NCBI GenBank assembly: GCA_947475205.1
Contig: CANJNG010000006.1
Span: 259 to 64,258, forward strand
Reading direction: 5' to 3'
From: Bacteroidota bacterium
GTDB taxonomy: Bacteria; Bacteroidota; Bacteroidia; JAIBAJ01
Length of the DNA stretch: 64,000 nucleotides
The first letter of the stretch is position 1; every line of letters begins with the position of its first letter. The position numbers were made by a program, and so were the translations under genes. Of the stretch, positions 1 to 9,144 are shown one piece after another. The notes below the pieces were generated by a model that had not been told where the DNA came from, did no database searches, and saw only the letters and a list, made by a program, of their open reading frames with translations.

Positions 1-213
1 AAAGACCACTTAACGGACTTCAAACCCCACTTCATGCTCTTCAAAAACCACTTAACGGACTTCAAAGACCACTTAAAGGGCTTCAAACCCCGCTGCATGC
101 TCTTCAAACCCCGCTTCACCTCATTCAAACCCCACTTCACACCCTTCAAATCCTGCTTAATGCCTTTCAAACCCTGTTAAGCCCTCTGCAAATCCCACTT
201 CGCCCATTTCAAA
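1..213. repeat. Degenerate 21-bp tandem array (>=10 units, runs off the window start)
   Basis: TTCAAA recurs at 19,40,61,82,103,124,145,166,(187 TGCAAA),208; consensus ~TTCAAAcccCaCTT(C/A)Annnnn. Confidence 0.9.
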
Positions 214-262
214 TTGCATCGTTTTAATCCTCAACCAATCTTTAACCTAAAAAATCAATAAA

Positions 263-1480
263 ATGAAAAACTCAACCACTAACCTCCTAAACATGATTCG
301 TGCAACCCTGTTGTATTGCACCAACAATGCCGCTATCACAGCACTCATTGCAGCTTTTGCCGCTGCCAAAACTGCCATCGACAACAAAATGGTTCTCATA
401 AGCCAGCTTGAACAAATTGCTTTGGGAACCTCCATCGGTGTAACCCTCGACACAAACGAAATTCGCACAGCAATGACAAACATTGCCTTCAAATGCTGCA
501 ATGCACTCACCGCCTATGCAGCATCTGTCAACAACAATACCCTCCTGCTTAAAGTCAATTACACAGCATCCGATTTCACACGATTCAAAAAAGAAGAAAT
601 CGAAGCAATATGCCAAACCATCCACAACGAAGCCAATACAAACCTCGTTGCGGCAGGCCCTTTCGGCTACGATGCCACCGATGTCTCCGACCTCCAAACC
701 GCCATCAACCTCTACGGAACATCCATCCAAAATCCGCGGCAGTCAGTAATCTCAAAATCCTTAGCCCTTGTCCAAATAGACTCCATGGTTCGCGACATAA
801 TCGATAGAGGTTTCAAACTCGGTTTAGATAAAATGACCAACACCCTTAAATTATCCCACCCCGTCTTCGTCACCGGATATTTTAAAGCCCGCGAAATCCT
901 CAACATTGGCACCACATCGGCCAAAATCCGGGGCTCCGTCCATAATCCTCTTGGAACCGTGCTTTTCGGTGTCAGGGTTTACCTCACCCAATCAGGGCAA
1001 AACACAGTAATCCTCGAAACCACTACCGATTTAAATGGCAAATTCTCCATCAACCATATCCCCGCCGCCGATTACGATGTCCATTATCAATTTGAAGGCT
1101 ACCAATCCTTCACCGAAACCGACCTCCACATTCCCGCTGGCAAAGAATTCACCCGAAACACAACCCTGCAATTCATAACCTCCTATTCAGTCGAAATTCC
1201 CGTAGGCGAGTTCCGAGTAATATTCTCCCCTTCCACCCCCGTTTGGCGTCCCGGCATTTCACTAAACTTCAAAAATATAATTCCCATCGTCACTCCATCA
1301 TCCGCCAGTGGCTACGAAGCTTACAGTCCCACCGACCCCGGCCCCGGCAGCGGCGATATTACTCTTCCAAGCGGTCAGAATATCACAATCTTAAGTATTC
1401 CCGCCGCAAACTTCAAACCCTACCTCTGCTTCGCAAACACAGGTTCAATCCCTGTCATCATCGAAATCACAATCTTATAA
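263..1480 (+). CDS. Hypothetical protein: ~215-aa Ala-rich helical N-terminal domain, carboxypeptidase-regulatory-like beta-sandwich, C-terminal domain
   Basis: 405-aa ORF; 'IRGSVHNPLG..LFGVRV...TTTDLNGKFSINHIPAADYDVHYQFEGY' resembles CarboxypepD_reg; no signal peptide seen. Confidence 0.75.
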   Translation: MKNSTTNLLNMIRATLLYCTNNAAITALIAAFAAAKTAIDNKMVLISQLEQIALGTSIGVTLDTNEIRTAMTNIAFKCCNALTAYAASVNNNTLLLKVNYTASDFTRFKKEEIEAICQTIHNEANTNLVAAGPFGYDATDVSDLQTAINLYGTSIQNPRQSVISKSLALVQIDSMVRDIIDRGFKLGLDKMTNTLKLSHPVFVTGYFKAREILNIGTTSAKIRGSVHNPLGTVLFGVRVYLTQSGQNTVILETTTDLNGKFSINHIPAADYDVHYQFEGYQSFTETDLHIPAGKEFTRNTTLQFITSYSVEIPVGEFRVIFSPSTPVWRPGISLNFKNIIPIVTPSSASGYEAYSPTDPGPGSGDITLPSGQNITILSIPAANFKPYLCFANTGSIPVIIEITIL

Positions 1481-1726
1481 GGCCGCAACCAGCTCGCAAC
1501 TCATTTCATAAAATCCATAATGCTTTTTTTATTTGTTGCTAATTTTTGTAAAACAGAAGAACTTAGGGTATGCGTTCAACTAATCAGTTGAGAGTATCTG
1601 GCGGTTAGGGAATGCTCTCAGGCCTCTACTTGAATGGGTTTAGCGTTTATATTTACCCTTATTTATCAAGGCTTTCAAAAACACGTCATTCAATTTAAAT
1701 TCCCGTTGCCCTATTCCGATTAAAAT

Positions 1727-1734
1727 TACATTTG
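1727..1734 (+). promoter_or_regulatory. Bacteroidota -7 promoter element upstream of accB
   Basis: TACATTTG matches TAnnTTTG, 23 nt before ATG. Confidence 0.55.
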
Positions 1735-1757
1735 CCCCCTGTTTTAAAACCAAAAAT

Positions 1758-2240
1758 ATGGAACTGAAAGAAATTCAGGAATTAATAAAATTTGTTGCCA
1801 AAAGCGGCGTTAGCGAAGTAGAAATTGAAGACAAAGGCTTCAAAATTTCGATTAAAACACCGGCACATGCTCAGCCCCTAACCCAAGTAGTAACTGTTGC
1901 TCCACAAGCAGCTCAAGCTCCGGTAGCCGCTGTTCAGGCGGCCGCCCCTGTAGCAGAAGCTCCCCCAGCACCTGCACCAAAAGCAGAGGCCGCTGCAAAT
2001 CTCATTACGGTAAAAAGCCCGATGATTGGCACCTTCTACCGTTCTGCCGGGCCGGACAAACCTGTATTTGCCAGTGTAGGCGATGAAATCAAAAAAGGAC
2101 AGATTGTTTGCATAATCGAAGCCATGAAATTGTTCAACGAAATCGAGAGCGAATTCTCCGGGCGGGTGGTGAAAGTATTGGTTGACGATGCCTCCCCAGT
2201 AGAGTATGACCAGCCTTTGTTTTTGGTAGAGCCAGCCTAA
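1758..2240 (+). CDS. accB: Acetyl-CoA carboxylase biotin carboxyl carrier protein
   Basis: Ala/Pro linker, 'SPMIGTFY', biotinylation motif 'IEAMKL'. Confidence 0.97.
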   Translation: MELKEIQELIKFVAKSGVSEVEIEDKGFKISIKTPAHAQPLTQVVTVAPQAAQAPVAAVQAAAPVAEAPPAPAPKAEAAANLITVKSPMIGTFYRSAGPDKPVFASVGDEIKKGQIVCIIEAMKLFNEIESEFSGRVVKVLVDDASPVEYDQPLFLVEPA

Positions 2241-2309
2241 TTTCTCTTTTTTTTTATGAATGAAAAGGCAACATTGTGTTGTTGATTCTTCCTTTTTGAT
2301 TTTCTAAAA

Positions 2310-3656
2310 ATGAAATTATTCAAAAAAATCCTGATAGCCAACCGGGGCGAAATAGCCCTTCGGGTAATTCGTACCTGTAAAGAAATGGGTATAAAAACGG
2401 TGGCCGTATATAGCACTGCCGACCGCGATAGCCTTCACGTTCGCTTTGCCGACGAAGCTGTTTGTATTGGTCCACCCAAAAGTGCCGACAGCTATCTCAG
2501 CATCCCTAACCTTATTTCAGCTGCCGAAATTACCAATGCCGATGCCATTCATCCCGGTTATGGGTTTTTGAGCGAGAATGCCAAGTTTTCGGCTATTTGT
2601 CGCAAACACGGTATTAAATTTATTGGTGCATCGCCCGAAATGATTGAGGGAATGGGCGATAAAGCCAATGCTAAAGACACCATGAAAAAAGCCGGAGTAC
2701 CTACAATTCCCGGTTCTGATGGCTTGATAAAAGATATTGCCGAAGGGAAAAAGATTGCCAAGAAAATAGGTTATCCCATAATTTTAAAAGCCACTGCCGG
2801 TGGTGGTGGACGAGGAATGCGGGTAGTGTGGGAAGAAAAAGAAATGGAAAAGGCTTACGATTCGGCACGTCAGGAGGCCGGTGCGGCATTTGGAAATGAT
2901 GGAATGTATCTCGAAAAATACATCGAAGAACCCCGCCACATCGAAATTCAAATAGTGGGCGACCAGCATGGCCAGGCTTGCCATTTAAGTGAACGGGATT
3001 GTTCTATTCAACGCCGCCATCAAAAACTGGTGGAAGAGTCTCCATCACCATTTATGATTCCCGAGCTTCGCGACAAAATGGGCGAAGCCGCCATTAAGGC
3101 TGCTTTAGCAGTGGACTACGAAGGATTAGGCACCATAGAGTTTTTGGTAGATAAACACCGCAACTTCTATTTTATGGAAATGAATACCCGTATTCAGGTG
3201 GAGCATCCCGTTACCGAAGAAGTTATTGATTATGATTTGGTGAAAGAGCAAATTTTGGTGGCAGCCGGAATGAAAATTAGCGGCAGCAATTACTATCCAA
3301 ATCTTCATGCTATTGAATGCCGCATCAATGCCGAAGACCCCTTCAAGAACTTTTCGCCCAGCCCGGGCAAAATTACCAGTTTTCACTCCCCTAAAGGGCA
3401 GGGTGTTCGAGTAGATACACACGTTTACAGTGGCTATACTATTCCGCCCTATTACGATTCTTTGATTGCAAAACTGATAGTAAAAGCCCGTACACGCCCC
3501 GACGCTATTACCAAAATGAGTAGAGCATTGGATGAATTTATTGTGGAAGGCATAAAAACCACTGTTCCTTTCCATCAACGATTAATGAAAGACGAACAGT
3601 TTAAAAGCGGGAATTACACCACCAAATTTTTGGAGAGTTTCGATTTAACGGAATAA
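2310..3656 (+). CDS. accC: Acetyl-CoA carboxylase biotin carboxylase subunit
   Basis: '[11 protein letters not shown]', 'GGGGRGMR', '[10 protein letters not shown]'; follows accB. Confidence 0.97.
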   Translation: MKLFKKILIANRGEIALRVIRTCKEMGIKTVAVYSTADRDSLHVRFADEAVCIGPPKSADSYLSIPNLISAAEITNADAIHPGYGFLSENAKFSAICRKHGIKFIGASPEMIEGMGDKANAKDTMKKAGVPTIPGSDGLIKDIAEGKKIAKKIGYPIILKATAGGGGRGMRVVWEEKEMEKAYDSARQEAGAAFGNDGMYLEKYIEEPRHIEIQIVGDQHGQACHLSERDCSIQRRHQKLVEESPSPFMIPELRDKMGEAAIKAALAVDYEGLGTIEFLVDKHRNFYFMEMNTRIQVEHPVTEEVIDYDLVKEQILVAAGMKISGSNYYPNLHAIECRINAEDPFKNFSPSPGKITSFHSPKGQGVRVDTHVYSGYTIPPYYDSLIAKLIVKARTRPDAITKMSRALDEFIVEGIKTTVPFHQRLMKDEQFKSGNYTTKFLESFDLTE

Positions 3657-4820
3657 GTGGGAAGCCATTCGTTATCATTCAAGGAAAAAAAATGCTGCGT
3701 ACTCATTCCGACATATAACAATGCCGGAACGTTGCAAGCCGTCTTGGATGATGTCCTGAAATATACTTCCGACATAGTGGTTGTAAATGATGGCTCAAAA
3801 GACAATACCGCCGAAATACTTTCCCGATACAAAGAAATTACGGTTGTAACCCAGCCCGAAAACGGAGGCAAAGGCTTTGCTTTACGCACGGGATTCAAAA
3901 AAGCTATAGAACAGGGTTACGAATATGCCATCACCATTGATAGCGACGGACAACACTTTGCCTCCGACTTACCTGTTTTCTTAGATAGTTTAACGGCCAA
4001 TCCTAATGCGGTCATAATTGGCTCACGGAATATGGAGCAGGAGGCAGTACCCGGCAAAAGCAGCTTTGGTAACAAGTTTTCCAACTTCTGGTTTAAGTTA
4101 GAAACCGGAATTAATCTTCCCGATACCCAGAGTGGCTATAGGCTTTATCCTATTAAAAAGCTTAACAACTTTTACTGGATTACCCGCAAATACGAATTTG
4201 AAATAGAAGTAATTGTAAGGACCGCTTGGGCAGGCATTAATGTTTTGCCCGTTCCGGTAAAGGTGTATTATGCTCCGAAAGAAGAACGAATCAGCCATTT
4301 TCGCCCCTTTAAGGATTTCAGCCGCATTAGTGTGCTGAATACCTTTTTGGTATTGATTACTTTTCTCTGGATAAAGCCCCGCAACTTCTTTCGCTATCTC
4401 TTTTCTCGCAACCCTATTGAGATTGTAAAAGAACTCTTTCTCAATCCCAATGAAACAGACGCCGTTAAGGTGCTTTCTGTTGGGTTTGGTTTGTTTATGG
4501 GAGTCTTTCCTGTTTGGGGATTTCAAATGCTGATAGGTTTAGCTATTTGTCATCTATTCAAACTCAACAAGGCCGTGTTTCTGCTCTTTGCCAACATAAG
4601 CTTACCTCCTTTCATCCCATTTATTTTATGGGGTAGCCATTTTGTGGGTGGATATTTGGTTTCGCATCCAACCTCTATTCAGTTCGCCGAAGAACTTACC
4701 CTCGAAATGGTTCAGCAGCAGGGTCTGCAATATCTTTTTGGGGCTGTGGCTTTGAGTTTTATTTTGGGTTTTATTGGCTCAGTTGGGGCTTGGGGCTTAC
4801 TTATAATTCAGCGGAGGTAA
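3657..4820 (+). CDS. GT2 glycosyltransferase fused to DUF2062-like membrane domain
   Basis: 'IPTYNN', 'VVNDGSKD', 'DSDGQH', 'DTQSGYRLY'; hydrophobic C-terminus. Confidence 0.88.
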   Translation: MGSHSLSFKEKKCCVLIPTYNNAGTLQAVLDDVLKYTSDIVVVNDGSKDNTAEILSRYKEITVVTQPENGGKGFALRTGFKKAIEQGYEYAITIDSDGQHFASDLPVFLDSLTANPNAVIIGSRNMEQEAVPGKSSFGNKFSNFWFKLETGINLPDTQSGYRLYPIKKLNNFYWITRKYEFEIEVIVRTAWAGINVLPVPVKVYYAPKEERISHFRPFKDFSRISVLNTFLVLITFLWIKPRNFFRYLFSRNPIEIVKELFLNPNETDAVKVLSVGFGLFMGVFPVWGFQMLIGLAICHLFKLNKAVFLLFANISLPPFIPFILWGSHFVGGYLVSHPTSIQFAEELTLEMVQQQGLQYLFGAVALSFILGFIGSVGAWGLLIIQRR

Positions 4821-4859
4821 CACTTTTTGTTGCACAAGTGAATTCATTATTCGCCACAT

Positions 4860-6296
4860 TTGCACCCTTTGAATACATGTAATAACACCTTAAAGGGCCT
4901 ATTTTTTTGTCTAAGCCTTTTGCTTAGTGTAAATGTATTTTCACAGGAAGAAATTGGCTACACGGCTTCCAACTATTCGGGAGTTCAGGGTTTATTTCTT
5001 AATCCGGCCAAAGGCGTAGATTCCAAAACATACTTTGACTTCAACCTTATCGGGCTTGATTTATTTGTGCATAACAACTATGTGCTTTATAAAGCAAGCG
5101 AGTTTTACTTGTGGAAAAACATAAAAACAGAGTTCCCCAAACTGGCCGATAACACAACCAATGTGTATAAAAAAGCACAAGTTGTGCTAAATGTTACCGG
5201 GCCATCATTTCACATTAGTGTTGGTATTCACAGTATAGGATTGTTTACACGGGTGAGAAGTTACACCTCAGTAAAACTGGAAGAGCCAATAGCCAAGCAC
5301 ATTTTTGAGAGCTTTAAGTATCAGCCCCAGCTACGGCAAGAGTATAATCTCAATAATATGTATGTAAATAGCCTTACCTGGGCCGAATATGGCTTGAATT
5401 ACGGTTTAATAATCGTTCAGCGGGGCAAAACAATGATGACCGGAGCATTTAATATCCGCTATTTAACAGGAATAAATTCAATTGGTGCCGATATTCAAAA
5501 CCTAAACTATGAAGTAAAAGACAGCACCGATTTGCAGATATACAACTTCACGGGAGAGGTTAAAAATGCGTATCCGGCTTATGGTGCAGGCAAAGGCTGG
5601 GGTTTAGATGTGGGATTTGAATATAAAAGTATGCTTGAAGATGTAAGCCGCTACAAACCTAATACTGCCCGGGGTGGCTGCCGAAAGGTGGACTATAAAT
5701 GGAAGATTGGGGTTTCGGTGCTTGATGTTGGCAATATTAACTTCAATACAAATGCGGTTTTGCAAAACTTTGTAAATGCCGGAACGCTTTGGCACAAATA
5801 TGACTCAACCAACGTGAAAGGTTATGGCGGAGTAGATACTTTGATTAATCAGCTTTTAAATTCAGGCGGAACTGTAGCTCGGACAGTTGAATTTAAATCT
5901 TGGTTGCCTATGGCAGCATCGGTGCAGTTTGATTACAATTTCGAAAACCATTTTTACATTAATGCTACAGCTACTTATGGTCCACGATTAGGCAATAATG
6001 TAAATCGGGGTTGCCTTTTTGCTATAGTTCCCCGTTATGAACGCAAACGCTGGGAAATATCTGTTCCACTGTCGTTATGGAATTTTCAGTATCCGCAGTT
6101 TGGGATTCAGGTGCGGCTAAACAATATCTTGATAATAGGGTCAGACAGAATTATGCCTTTAATATATCGCTCAAATGTGTATGGAACAGATATATACTTC
6201 CACCTTAAATTTTCACTATACAGAAACCCTGCTTGTGGCAAAAAAGGCCGAAAAGGTCGACACAAAAAGGAAAGCGAGTGTCCTGCGTATAAGTAA
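4860..6296 (+). CDS. Outer-membrane beta-barrel protein, DUF5723-like
   Basis: Signal peptide, 'SNYSGVQGLFLNPA', 'GWGLDVGFEY', 'GVSVLDVGNI'; start uncertain. Confidence 0.7.
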   Translation: MHPLNTCNNTLKGLFFCLSLLLSVNVFSQEEIGYTASNYSGVQGLFLNPAKGVDSKTYFDFNLIGLDLFVHNNYVLYKASEFYLWKNIKTEFPKLADNTTNVYKKAQVVLNVTGPSFHISVGIHSIGLFTRVRSYTSVKLEEPIAKHIFESFKYQPQLRQEYNLNNMYVNSLTWAEYGLNYGLIIVQRGKTMMTGAFNIRYLTGINSIGADIQNLNYEVKDSTDLQIYNFTGEVKNAYPAYGAGKGWGLDVGFEYKSMLEDVSRYKPNTARGGCRKVDYKWKIGVSVLDVGNINFNTNAVLQNFVNAGTLWHKYDSTNVKGYGGVDTLINQLLNSGGTVARTVEFKSWLPMAASVQFDYNFENHFYINATATYGPRLGNNVNRGCLFAIVPRYERKRWEISVPLSLWNFQYPQFGIQVRLNNILIIGSDRIMPLIYRSNVYGTDIYFHLKFSLYRNPACGKKGRKGRHKKESECPAYK

Positions 6297-7598
6297 TTAC
6301 TCTTTCAAAGCTCCTAAACTTACTTTAGTTGGAGCTGAAACGGGATTAATTCGGAACATAGTATTTGCACCATCTTTAAAATCAACTTTAAAATCAGTCC
6401 AGCCCGGTTGTCCGGCTCGTGCATCGGCTTTGTAGTAATCTGTGCTGATGATGTGAGCTCCTCTCGCAATAGCTGCATCTAAATTAGAATAATCACCTGT
6501 GCGGGCTTCATCGGTATCTGAATCGCTACGGGTACGAACAATAAATCCTTTTGAAACAGCTTCAGCAATTTCGAGGCCTTTTCCATTAGGTGGGTCCTTA
6601 GGGCTATTTAAAATTATGAAAGAAGAGTAGTCGTCTGTTAGTTTATCGGTATAAACAAAGCAGGCTTTACCCGCCAGCACACTGCTTGATACCAAGTAAT
6701 CATCCGAGGCTGCTCCTTCTATAATAAATATCACTTTACCCCTAATGTCTTTTAGCTTAGGCCAGTTTCCGGCAGCTACAGCTTGAGGAAGTGTGGAGTA
6801 AGTTCCCCGAAGTTCGTCGGGTGAGAAAACATTTTCGAGTCCACTACCAAATACGGATTTTATTTCATCGTCTAAAGCCATAACAGCATTGGCATCAAAG
6901 GCTTTAGCTTTAGTTAGTCCACCCCCTATAGCACCAAGAGAAAAGGGTAAACCCGGAATAGTTAAACTTGATAGAGCATCAGCAGGAGTTTCTTCCTTGG
7001 TTTCAATGTTTACAAAAACAGGAATGTGGTTTGGATGTGCATCGCTCCATTCTTTTAATCGCATTAAGCCTCCTTTAAAGGTTAATTCAGAGGAGTTGTA
7101 ATCCAAGTCGGGAATGTGAAGCATTTTAAAGCCGGGATTATCCAACTCGGCAATGCCCGATGCAGTACTAAAATCCAGAACGATAAGCCTCCCTTGTCGT
7201 TTTGCAAATTGCCCACCATTGGGGTCGTAATAAATATCGTATTCCAAACCCCGAACACGGTAGTCTTGCAATTGCTCTTTTATTGGCAAATGTGAATAAT
7301 CCCAGCCGTTTGGATTTGGAATTGCAGAAAGTGCCCCAGTGGAATATAATTGCTGCACCCTATCGTATAAATCCTGGTCGGTGTGCAGACGATAACTATT
7401 GTGGCTGGCTATAACCTGAATTTCATTTAACTTCAATAAATCCATAGAATCTATTGGTCCGCCGCCCGAGCCATTTTGTCCGATGGCATCGGTGTTACCT
7501 AGTCCATACAAAATATCTTCAGGCTCGTGCTTACACGATACAAAAAGTGTAATAATAGAGCCAAGGCAGAAACTAAGTAGCAATTTGGTTTTGTTCAT
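6297..7598 (-). CDS. Ca2+-dependent phosphoinositide-specific phospholipase C-like lipoprotein
   Basis: Lipobox 'FVSC'; 'SHNSY', 'RGLEYDIYYDP', 'WSDAHPNHIP', 'GFIVRTRSD', 'GAHIISTDY'. Confidence 0.8.
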   Translation of the reverse strand: MNKTKLLLSFCLGSIITLFVSCKHEPEDILYGLGNTDAIGQNGSGGGPIDSMDLLKLNEIQVIASHNSYRLHTDQDLYDRVQQLYSTGALSAIPNPNGWDYSHLPIKEQLQDYRVRGLEYDIYYDPNGGQFAKRQGRLIVLDFSTASGIAELDNPGFKMLHIPDLDYNSSELTFKGGLMRLKEWSDAHPNHIPVFVNIETKEETPADALSSLTIPGLPFSLGAIGGGLTKAKAFDANAVMALDDEIKSVFGSGLENVFSPDELRGTYSTLPQAVAAGNWPKLKDIRGKVIFIIEGAASDDYLVSSSVLAGKACFVYTDKLTDDYSSFIILNSPKDPPNGKGLEIAEAVSKGFIVRTRSDSDTDEARTGDYSNLDAAIARGAHIISTDYYKADARAGQPGWTDFKVDFKDGANTMFRINPVSAPTKVSLGALKE

Positions 7599-7747
7599 TT
7601 TAAATAGTTAAAAGCGGCGAAAAGTACAAAATATATTATTGAATCGTTAAGCAAATGTTATTTGGGAAATTTGTCGTGCATCCAATTAGGCTTCCCCGCC
7701 TATCTTTGCTCCAAAATAGGCGAATACAAGCCCGGCTAAACAAAACA

Positions 7748-8614
7748 ATGGACCAGAAAATTCTTCAAAACGATAGCTTAGATGAGCAATTGCTTAGGGA
7801 AGGCTATGTAGTAGTGCCCTTTTTAAGTACGGAAGAAAACGATTCGCTTACAGCATTTTTCAACAAGGCTCACCCCCAGGCAACCGAAGGAATGTATGCC
7901 ACTGCCCACGTTCAGGATATAGCATTCCGAATGAAGATGAACGATTTCATTAAACAGGTTTTTGAACGACCCATAGCGGCCTACTTTCAAAACTGCCGTT
8001 CGTTGGGCGGTTCGTTTATTGCTAAAGGCAAAGGCGAACGGGGCACTATTAACCCACATCAGGATTGGAATATTGTGGACGAAGACAAGTTTCGCTCTTT
8101 CAACATTTGGGTGCCGCTTGTGGATTTAAACCCGGATAACGGTGCAATAATGGTGTTGGCCAATAGCCACACCTGGCTGAAAACCTACCGAAGTGCCAAT
8201 ATTTCATCGGCCTACCAAAAGGTGAGTCCCTTGCTTTGGGAAACTTTGCAGCCTTTATATATGAAAAAAGGCGAAGCTCTTATTTACGACCACCGTTTGA
8301 TTCACGCTTCGGGCGAAAATTTCAGTGATGCCTTGCGTTTAGCTGCCGTATTTGGCATTATCCCCCAAGAAGCCGAAATGCTTTACTATCACCAAGCCGA
8401 TGAAAACACAATAGAGGTTTTTGAGTCAAGTCCCGATTTCTTTCTCTATGGAAATATTTTTGAGGGGCCGAAAGGCTTAAAAACCCGCACAGAAATTCCA
8501 TACACACAAAACTGGAGTGAAGATGAGTTAAAGGCCATTGTTACTGGAATTCCATACAAAGCTCCAACACAAAATATATCGTTTTGGCAGAGGATATGGA
8601 ACTTTTGGAATTGA
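7748..8614 (+). CDS. Phytanoyl-CoA dioxygenase (PhyH) family protein
   Basis: 'PHQDW', 'IWVPLVD..PDNG', 'HRLIHAS'; start moved to ATG 7748, after TATCTTTG at 7701. Confidence 0.85.
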   Translation: MDQKILQNDSLDEQLLREGYVVVPFLSTEENDSLTAFFNKAHPQATEGMYATAHVQDIAFRMKMNDFIKQVFERPIAAYFQNCRSLGGSFIAKGKGERGTINPHQDWNIVDEDKFRSFNIWVPLVDLNPDNGAIMVLANSHTWLKTYRSANISSAYQKVSPLLWETLQPLYMKKGEALIYDHRLIHASGENFSDALRLAAVFGIIPQEAEMLYYHQADENTIEVFESSPDFFLYGNIFEGPKGLKTRTEIPYTQNWSEDELKAIVTGIPYKAPTQNISFWQRIWNFWN

Positions 8615-8653
8615 CCAGCAAAATCTCTTTCCCCCTGTTAACAAAAATGCATT

Positions 8654-8661
8654 TACCTTTG
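8654..8661 (+). promoter_or_regulatory. Putative -7 promoter element of the DAB operon
   Basis: TACCTTTG (TAnnTTTG) 10 nt before ATG 8672. Confidence 0.5.
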
Positions 8662-8671
8662 AACTTTCAAA

Positions 8672-9031
8672 ATGAAACTAACCAAAGCAAACTATCTAGC
8701 GTATTTCTTTACGCTTTGCTTTGTTGCCTTACTGGGTTTAAACATATACCGCAATTTTAATCGGTCGGTTCATACCTGGTTTGCTCAATCCTATTCGGTG
8801 TCGCTTCCCACAAACGATAATGACGTTTCGGGCGGTATGGATATAACGTTAGAAGAAACCGAGACCGAAAAAGAAACTGAAAAAGATTCGGATTTAGCCG
8901 ACTTAGCATTTATTCTTCCAAAATTGCTTTATGTTTTTGAACAGAAAGTAATTCATCATTTTTTGGCACACACCCTCGCCGAAAGCACCTCGAACCCCAT
9001 TTATATGCTGGTTCACAACTACCGTATCTGA
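8672..9031 (+). CDS. Small leader-like protein upstream of dabA (hydrophobic N-terminus, acidic cluster, C-terminal HNYRI)
   Basis: 119 aa; same architecture as 13521..13907. Confidence 0.7.
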   Translation: MKLTKANYLAYFFTLCFVALLGLNIYRNFNRSVHTWFAQSYSVSLPTNDNDVSGGMDITLEETETEKETEKDSDLADLAFILPKLLYVFEQKVIHHFLAHTLAESTSNPIYMLVHNYRI

Positions 9032-9144
9032 TTTCTTGTTTGTTTAGGCCGAGATAGCATCTAGGGCTGACTTTGGGTCAATTCTGTGCCCGATTTTCTG
9101 CATTTCACAAACAATTAATCATTCCGTTTCCTTTTTCCTGCTTA

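Noticed and set aside
1615-1680. Imperfect palindrome CCTT-ATTTATC-AAGG as a recombination site
   Set aside because: No partner site or recombinase seen; too short to call.
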